64,000 nt of DNA, from contig CAVTNB010000001.1 of NCBI GenBank assembly GCA_963736005.1, positions 800,001 through 864,000 on the forward strand, in the 5' to 3' direction. The position numbers and the translations under genes are program-made. The DNA is from an uncultured Pseudomonadota bacterium (lineage in GTDB: Bacteria > Vulcanimicrobiota > Vulcanimicrobiia > Eremiobacterales > Eremiobacteraceae). Positions 57,748 to 64,000 of the stretch are shown piece by piece (the stretch's first letter is position 1; every line of letters begins with the position of its first letter). The notes under the pieces were generated by a model that saw only the letters and a program-made list of their open reading frames with translations, made no database searches and was not told the DNA's origin.

Positions 57748-59172
57748 CTAGCCCGACATGATCATATTCAGCGACTGATAGATCGCGGCCGCGGCATTGA
57801 GGGCTTCCAAGTCTGTCGTGATGCGCGGCGGCGTATAAGCCGCGGGATAGAGCTCAGGAAGACTGGGGCTCGTTGGGGGTGTGGCGGACAAGCCTGCAAC
57901 GCAACGAAAGATAAGTTCCGCGTACAGCGCATTCGCCCACCCAAATTCACTTCGCGTGAAGTGCCACGGCTCGTCTGGGTCAATGCTCTCGTAGAACAGA
58001 CCGCGCGCGCCATCCAGGGCTCGCAGCTCGGCAATGGGCTCATCGACTTCTCCCGGGGTTGCGGCGGTTAGCGCCTGGCCAATCAGTCCGAGCGGCCATA
58101 CCCAGCCCGTGCGTGTGTGCGGGCTGCCGAGGCCTGCGCCGTAGGTTCCGCGATACCAGTATGGATTGTCTTGTGAGAGAGAAAAGCGGCGCGTGTTTGT
58201 GTAGATGGGATCGAAGCGCAAGACGAGCCCTAAGAGCGGCATGGTCAGGAGGTTTGGAATATTGGCATCGTCCATGAGAATGAAATTCCCAAGCCCGTCA
58301 ACCTCATACGGATACATCCACCCGTAACGGAAATCGTAGACGATCCCGTAGGTTGCAACCCCAAATTGGATCTCTTCCGCCAACGAGGTCGCGCGCCCGG
58401 CGAGTTTGGAATCTCCATACCCGATCACAGCAAGTCGCGCCAAATCTTGCAGCTCGTAAGCGGCGAACAGCTCCTGCGGGATGTTATAAGAGTACCGCAC
58501 GGGATCGTCCGAGGGACGAAACGCGCACCAAATCATTCCCGTATAGGCGAAGTCTTGCCCGCGGCCATGGTTCCCAAGGAAGGGCGAACGGTAGCTCGAG
58601 CATGTGCTGTGATGCTGCTCGCATTCATAGGTTGAGACAATGTGTTCGAGTGCCCAATGCAACTGCAAGGTGAAGATGGAGCGATCTCTGGTCCTGCGCC
58701 AATACACAGAATCGAGCAATACTGGATAGCTCAGCGAATCGACCTCCCACTTCTCCTCCCAGAGCTTGTAACTGCGCGTGAAGGCGTTCGCATACGCAGA
58801 GGTGAGTATGTTTCTTGCGTTGCGCTGGATAACACCGCGAACGATCGTCTGAAGCTCCGGGTATGCGGGGACGAAACGGACGTAGGGCAGCGTTTGCGAG
58901 GAGGAGTCGCGCAACCACATCGCGGGGATGTCTCCCGTCTCGACGTAGATGGTCCCATCGTCTTCCAATGAAAAGTCCGAGAACAAAGTGTGAAAGAGCG
59001 TCTCGGCGTCAACATCGATCGTGCGCTGTCGCATGCCGGGCAGCGACAAGGGAATCGTCGTACTGACATTGCTCGTCCCAATTGCTGCGGAAGGGCGGGG
59101 GGTGATGACGCATAGGAGAGAGGCAAAGCACGCCGCGAGGACGATGATGAGTGAAGGGCGTGCGAGCGTCAC
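57748..59172 (-). CDS. Glycoside hydrolase family 125 (alpha-mannosidase-like)
   Basis: TGDIPAMWLRDS, EKWEVDSL, FRPSDD, YEVDG, DDANIPNLL, F.WAN. Confidence 0.88.
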   Translation of the reverse strand: MTLARPSLIIVLAACFASLLCVITPRPSAAIGTSNVSTTIPLSLPGMRQRTIDVDAETLFHTLFSDFSLEDDGTIYVETGDIPAMWLRDSSSQTLPYVRFVPAYPELQTIVRGVIQRNARNILTSAYANAFTRSYKLWEEKWEVDSLSYPVLLDSVYWRRTRDRSIFTLQLHWALEHIVSTYECEQHHSTCSSYRSPFLGNHGRGQDFAYTGMIWCAFRPSDDPVRYSYNIPQELFAAYELQDLARLAVIGYGDSKLAGRATSLAEEIQFGVATYGIVYDFRYGWMYPYEVDGLGNFILMDDANIPNLLTMPLLGLVLRFDPIYTNTRRFSLSQDNPYWYRGTYGAGLGSPHTRTGWVWPLGLIGQALTAATPGEVDEPIAELRALDGARGLFYESIDPDEPWHFTRSEFGWANALYAELIFRCVAGLSATPPTSPSLPELYPAAYTPPRITTDLEALNAAAAIYQSLNMIMSG

Positions 59173-59269
59173 GGAAGTCGCTCTTAGGGAAAATGCGATG
59201 CAGACCTTCCCTGCAAAAGCGAAGAGGCGGCCATGGCCGCCCCTCCGATCGCTCTTCGCGAAGTCGCTT

Positions 59270-59506
59270 TTACGACGCCCGCTGCCGGAGCGGCGGGAAG
59301 AGAAGGTCGATGTCCTTGTTGCCGTCGATTACCTGTAACGGCTGTGGCTGAGGCGTCGATGCCTGCGCCTTCTGCTCTCCAATTTTCATCGCCACGAGCA
59401 ACGCCAACGAGCTGGCTGCCGTGAGCACGAGAGCAACGATCGGTCCTTGCATGTAGAACACGGCCCCTATGGTGGCCACGCTCGCGATAATTCCACTCCA
59501 CATCAT
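59270..59506 (-). CDS. Small hypothetical membrane protein
   Basis: Two hydrophobic segments; GAGG RBS. Confidence 0.45.
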   Translation of the reverse strand: MMWSGIIASVATIGAVFYMQGPIVALVLTAASSLALLVAMKIGEQKAQASTPQPQPLQVIDGNKDIDLLFPPLRQRAS

Positions 59507-59679
59507 GAATCGCCTCAATATCTCGATAAAGTATAGCGCCCGCCTGGGCTGCCAGTAAGACCAACACCTCATTTCGCTGTTACGTAAAGAACCGCGCAAA
59601 CGGCCGTCGGGCAATGGTTTGTGACCTCGCTCATCGGCAAGGTGTGCGCCGCAGGCACTGCCAAGTCATATGATCGCGC

Positions 59680-60867
59680 ATGTTTTCTCGCATTTTGCCC
59701 ATCTTGGGCGTTACCTTTATCGACATTTTGGGCTTCAGCATTCTCTTGCCGATCCTGCCCTATTTCGTCAAGAGTTTCGGCGCATCAGACGTTGTCGTGG
59801 GCTTGCTGTTTTCGACCTTTGCGGCGTGCCAATTTCTTTCTGGCCCAGTCTGGGGCAACATCAGCGATCGCATTGGTCGCAAGAAAGTGTTGATCGTCAG
59901 CCAGATAGGCGCAAGCATCGGTTGGTACATGCTCGCATATTCACATACGATCGGCATGGTTTTTTTTGCGCGCATCGTCGAAGGCATTTCGGGTGGCAAT
60001 ATCAGCGTCACGCAGGCGTACGTCGCCGATCTCGTGGAGCCGAAGCAACGCGGGCGCGCGTTCTCTTACGTGGGAGCATCCTTCAGTGCGGGCATCGTTT
60101 TTGGCCCCGTCCTCGGCGGAGTGCTGCTCGAACGCTATGGCTTTGCGGCCCCCTTTTTAGCCGCGGCGACCTTGCAAGTGATCACGCTAATCGTCACGAT
60201 TTTGATGCTGCCCGAATCACGCAGCGCCCGCGACAGCCAGGCGGCGTCGTTTGGTCAGATTCGAGCATCCCTTGTCGATCCGCGCGTAGGACCGGTCTTG
60301 GTGCAGATGTGGGCTTTCTCGCTCGCCCTGTATGCGTGGTTCGGCGTCTTCGCCCTTCTGATTAAAGCGGCCCTTGGGTTTACCGCAAGCCAGACGAGCT
60401 TCTTTTTTGCGGCATTCGGCGTGGTGAGCGTGTTTTTGCAACTTGGGCCCGGTCCGCGTCTCATCGACAGGTCTGGCGACAGGCTGAGCAGCAACATCGG
60501 CATCGGCGCCGCGCTGCTTGCATTCTTGCTCGTGCCATTCATTCACAACCTGGCGACGTTGCTGCCTACCTTCTTGCTCTTCGCGGTGGGCATGGCAATA
60601 GCTCGTCCAGCGCTCTCGTCAATCTTGACTGCGGGAGTCCCTGAGAATCAGCGAGGCACTATCCTCGGCGTGAATTCTGCCCTTGATAACTTGTCAGGGG
60701 TCACCATGCCTCCCCTGTCAACCGGTCTGCTCGGCGGCCTGGGAACGCCGTGGGCGGGCGCGACCTCAAGCCTTTTTGCCTTCATCGCTTTGGTCATGGG
60801 TATCGCTGCTCAACGCAAGGGAGCGCACGTTCTGGCGGAAACGCCGGTCGAAGCAACAGCAAGATAA
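59680..60867 (+). CDS. MFS transporter (TetA/DHA1-like)
   Basis: Motif A GNISDRIGRKK, QAYVAD, motif C GPVLGG. Confidence 0.9.
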   Translation: MFSRILPILGVTFIDILGFSILLPILPYFVKSFGASDVVVGLLFSTFAACQFLSGPVWGNISDRIGRKKVLIVSQIGASIGWYMLAYSHTIGMVFFARIVEGISGGNISVTQAYVADLVEPKQRGRAFSYVGASFSAGIVFGPVLGGVLLERYGFAAPFLAAATLQVITLIVTILMLPESRSARDSQAASFGQIRASLVDPRVGPVLVQMWAFSLALYAWFGVFALLIKAALGFTASQTSFFFAAFGVVSVFLQLGPGPRLIDRSGDRLSSNIGIGAALLAFLLVPFIHNLATLLPTFLLFAVGMAIARPALSSILTAGVPENQRGTILGVNSALDNLSGVTMPPLSTGLLGGLGTPWAGATSSLFAFIALVMGIAAQRKGAHVLAETPVEATAR

Positions 60868-60875
60868 CGTTGGAC

Positions 60876-62840
60876 TTAGAGACCGCCCCCGGCACCTAGG
60901 GCAGAATTGGTTTTTTCGGGGACCTCGATGTAGTCTTCGTAGACCAGACCTTCTGCAATCTCCATTGATTCTCCGAAGAGATTCTGCTGGAGGGCAATAT
61001 CTGCGCACGAAAAGCCGTTGGCTCGCTCTTGAGCCAGCAGCGCTGTGACACTCTGCTTGGTCTCGTAGCCGATCCACGCGTCGCAGCCAAGTTCGCCCGA
61101 AAGAGTGTTAGAATTCAATACCGTTTGATAATCGGGCAAGGCAACCCCGGGGAAGCGGAATGCCAAGGCCTTACGATACGCATCGTAGCGCGCGCTCGAG
61201 GAGAACAGATCCAGGAGGGAGATGTTTGCCGAGAGGGTGGTCGTCTGCGCTGAATACACGAGGTTGGACGCGCGCTGCGCCATCACGAGGGCGGCATCCC
61301 ATGCAGTTGTAGCAGCATCCAGCGATGCCTGCACCTTCGGCAAGTCTTTCGGCGCGATATCGCCGCTCGTGGTGTCGATGGAATTGAGCGCCGCGAGGAA
61401 GGCAGCGAGCAGTTTGACCGAGTCATTGCCCATGGAGATTGCCGCTCGCGCGTCGTCGACACCGTTCACGAACTGCTCGCCGCTCTCTGAGAGGTTCGCA
61501 GCAAATTGAGGATAGTGCGGAAGCAAGGCTCGGGTCTTGCCTGATGGCGGCCCGCTGCTAATGGAATCAGCCATGTCCTTCAACGGTTCCAGGTTCTGCG
61601 CGGCCAAGTCTGGGGCGCTGCTCAAGGCGTCCGCACTCATCCCGAGCGTTCCATTGATATCGCGCGTCAAGTGGTTAATTCCGGCGATCACCTTGCCGAG
61701 ACTGTTGTCCTTTTTCTTGGGCGAACCAAGGTTGGGAGTGGCGTTGGTCTGACCCTCGAGGGCATTCCCCAACATTTCGATATCCGTGCGAGACCCGCGC
61801 GCGCGCTCGGCCGCGAGCTGCGCGTCTGCTTTCGCGACGGCCTGAGCGCGAGCTATGCGCATCGCGAGGTCGCTAATGCTGAGCGAGTCGAGTTCGAGTG
61901 CATTTGCGACGGACTGATCGGTGGACGCCTTGGGTACTCCGGGCTTTTCGAGCGCGATGTCTATATCGCTATACTTGAGTGCGACCGCCACTTCGCCCAG
62001 ATGCTGGAGTGCGAGAGGATTGCCGGGAGACTTCTTGAGCCCTTCCTCAAGACGGACTTGAGCGTACGAGTACCGCCCTTCTTCCTGATCATGAATCGCA
62101 GTGGCGATGATGGAACTCGCACTGGGGTTATCCAATTCAGGATAGCCTTCCAAGTGCGCGATGCGATCTTTGGGCTCCGGGTGACTTTCCATCCACACGT
62201 CGCTCTTGCTCTCCTGCGGCCCGCCCGCCCCGAGCTTGCCCAAATGCGCCATGAGGTCCACCATTGCTTGTGGATCGTAGCCCGCTCTCGTCATGAGCAA
62301 CAATCCGTACTGGTCCGCTTGCAACTCGTCTTCCCGCGAGAACTTGTTCGCCGCGAGGTCGCCGCCGTAGCCGCCCAGCGCGTACGCGATCGGCGAGAAG
62401 ATGGAAATGACGCCAATCAAGACCGCCAGGACCGTATCCTTTATGCCAAGCGTGATGACATGGCGCCGCTCGATGTGGCCCGTTTCGTGTCCGAGCACCC
62501 CCGCGAGTTCATCGTCCGAACCCACAAAATTGAGCAAGCCCATCTCTGCGTGCACAAAGCCGCCAGGCAGCGCAAACGCGTTGATATCATTGTCATCGAG
62601 TATCTCATAGCGGTAGGTGATGTCGGTGCGATAGCGATTCGCAGCCAGTTTTGAGCCGATTCCATTCACCCAGTTGGCCAAGAAGGGATCGGTGATGATG
62701 ATGTTTTCGTCGTCGATTTGCTGGCTTTCGCTCTGACCGATCGCGACTTCTTTTGCGGTCGTCATGGCCGACGCCGGAAGCACGGGCATGAAGAAGCCTG
62801 ACACCAGGGTGGCTGCCAAAAGGAGGGCGATGAAACGCAT
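60876..62840 (-). CDS. M48-family metalloprotease with long helical C-terminus
   Basis: Signal peptide, NAFALPGG, HETGH, SREDELQAD, SHP. Confidence 0.85.
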   Translation of the reverse strand: MRFIALLLAATLVSGFFMPVLPASAMTTAKEVAIGQSESQQIDDENIIITDPFLANWVNGIGSKLAANRYRTDITYRYEILDDNDINAFALPGGFVHAEMGLLNFVGSDDELAGVLGHETGHIERRHVITLGIKDTVLAVLIGVISIFSPIAYALGGYGGDLAANKFSREDELQADQYGLLLMTRAGYDPQAMVDLMAHLGKLGAGGPQESKSDVWMESHPEPKDRIAHLEGYPELDNPSASSIIATAIHDQEEGRYSYAQVRLEEGLKKSPGNPLALQHLGEVAVALKYSDIDIALEKPGVPKASTDQSVANALELDSLSISDLAMRIARAQAVAKADAQLAAERARGSRTDIEMLGNALEGQTNATPNLGSPKKKDNSLGKVIAGINHLTRDINGTLGMSADALSSAPDLAAQNLEPLKDMADSISSGPPSGKTRALLPHYPQFAANLSESGEQFVNGVDDARAAISMGNDSVKLLAAFLAALNSIDTTSGDIAPKDLPKVQASLDAATTAWDAALVMAQRASNLVYSAQTTTLSANISLLDLFSSSARYDAYRKALAFRFPGVALPDYQTVLNSNTLSGELGCDAWIGYETKQSVTALLAQERANGFSCADIALQQNLFGESMEIAEGLVYEDYIEVPEKTNSALGAGGGL

Positions 62841-62892
62841 GGGAGAGATCCTTGTTCGATGGGCAGACCTCAAGGTCCGCTAGCGGGGAGAT

Positions 62893-63639
62893 TTACCAGG
62901 GAATAATTTGTTGATCCCGCCAGAAGAGGCCTGTCTGAGAAGACGGCGGACGCGCTGCTAAAAACAACGCCGTTTTCGCGGCATTTTCAGGTTCGATTGG
63001 TGCGCCGCTCCCACCCATATCCGTCTTCACCCACCCGGGATCGAATGCATCGACCATGATCTGACGATCGCGCACGTCCGCGGCCAGCAGCTGCGTGTAC
63101 ATGTTCAAGCCTACTTTACTCATGCAATACGCCGGCCCGTACCCATCTGATTCTCCCGCCAATTGTCCCATGGACGATGACACGTTGATGATGCGGCCGC
63201 CTGCGCGCAACAGCGGCACGAACGCGTTGCACATGCTGATGGGTCCCAGCAGATTGACGTTGAGGGTGCGCGCTAGAACCAAGGGATCGATCTGCGAAGG
63301 GCGCATGGCTCTGTCTTCATCGAGGAAGATGCCGGCATTGTTGACGAGCACGTCGATGACGGGATGCCGCTGCACGAGATCGAGAACGAGCATGGATATC
63401 TGGGCGGGCTCGGTGACATCGGCAACGCCGAAGTCCGCCTGGTAGCCGGCTTTGGAGAGCTCGCTTGCGATCTGTTCGCCCACTGCTCGGTCGCGAACAA
63501 CGAGTACGCTGCACGCGCCGGCCTTTGCAAAAACGGTGGCAATTGCTTTGCCGATACCGCGCCCGGCGCCGGTGATGACTGCGGTCTTGCCGCGGAGTGC
63601 ATCGGGATCGATGTGCGCATTCGCTGCGATGGTCTTCAT
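62893..63639 (-). CDS. SDR-family oxidoreductase
   Basis: TGAGRGIG, NNAG, NVSS, YCMSK, PGWVKTDMGG. Confidence 0.88.
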   Translation of the reverse strand: MKTIAANAHIDPDALRGKTAVITGAGRGIGKAIATVFAKAGACSVLVVRDRAVGEQIASELSKAGYQADFGVADVTEPAQISMLVLDLVQRHPVIDVLVNNAGIFLDEDRAMRPSQIDPLVLARTLNVNLLGPISMCNAFVPLLRAGGRIINVSSSMGQLAGESDGYGPAYCMSKVGLNMYTQLLAADVRDRQIMVDAFDPGWVKTDMGGSGAPIEPENAAKTALFLAARPPSSQTGLFWRDQQIIPW

Positions 63640-63681
63640 GGGCGCAAGAATTCGTGCCGGCGCAGCGAATGACCCGCGCGT

Positions 63682-64000
63682 ATGAGCGAAGACAAACAGG
63701 CGATTGAGGCTCTTTTTGCCGAGCACCGCACGTTTCCGCCGAGCGAGGAATTTGCGCGCCACGCCAGACTGAGAGATCCGCAGATTTACGCGCGGGCGGC
63801 TGCCGACTTCGAAAAATTCTGGGAGGGCGAAGCGGAGTGTCTCGATTGGTTCGAGCGCTGGCGCAAAGTTTTGGTCTGGGATGATAAGTCTAAAGTCGCT
63901 CGTTGGTTTGATGGTGGCAAGATCAACGTTTCGTATAATTGCTTGGACCGTCATGTCGCTGCCGGTCACGGCAAGCAAGTCGCATACTATTGGGAAGGCG
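63682..64000 (+). CDS. acs: Acetyl-CoA synthetase (3'-truncated by window edge)
   Basis: EHRTFPP, FW...A..LDW, WFDGGKINVSYNCLDRHV, AYYWEG. Confidence 0.88.
   Translation, partial: MSEDKQAIEALFAEHRTFPPSEEFARHARLRDPQIYARAAADFEKFWEGEAECLDWFERWRKVLVWDDKSKVARWFDGGKINVSYNCLDRHVAAGHGKQVAYYWEG

Noticed and set aside
63640..63978. N-terminal extension of the SDR ORF 62893-63978
   Set aside because: Antisense to acs
1..64000. Prophage, integrase, transposase or defence systems; numerous short antisense ORFs
   Set aside because: No recognisable motifs; the short overlapping ORFs are expected shadows in GC-rich DNA

Overview
GC-rich bacterial chromosomal segment. It combines Terrabacteria-type gene order (hrcA-dnaJ-prmA-rsmE with a CIRCE operator, divIC-yabR, a SigB/SigF partner-switching cluster) with outer-membrane proteins (TonB-dependent receptor, porin). 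I infer a diderm Terrabacterium such as Eremiobacterota/Armatimonadota; this was not verified. Main contents: (i) a tRNA-Leu(UAA) interrupted by a 249-nt group I intron with a REP hairpin in its 3' periphery; (ii) an atypical kdp locus: porin, two tiny membrane peptides, kdpA (frameshifted), kdpB, kdpC, a soluble protein with tandem KdpD domains, and a divergent GAF histidine kinase plus NarL-type regulator; (iii) about 20 GTAG-tagged REP-like palindromes in three families, some in arrays, some in-frame inside genes, three supplying stop codons; (iv) two paralogous 22-25 aa hydrophobic peptides absent from the ORF track; (v) housekeeping genes (accDA, hrcA, dnaJ, prmA, rsmE, dinG, tdh, kbl, partial acs); (vi) a ~16 kb general-stress region with repeated SigB-like promoters, an apparently kinase-dead anti-sigma factor and a multiply deleted udgX remnant. 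All calls are from reading motifs by eye; no database searches were run.
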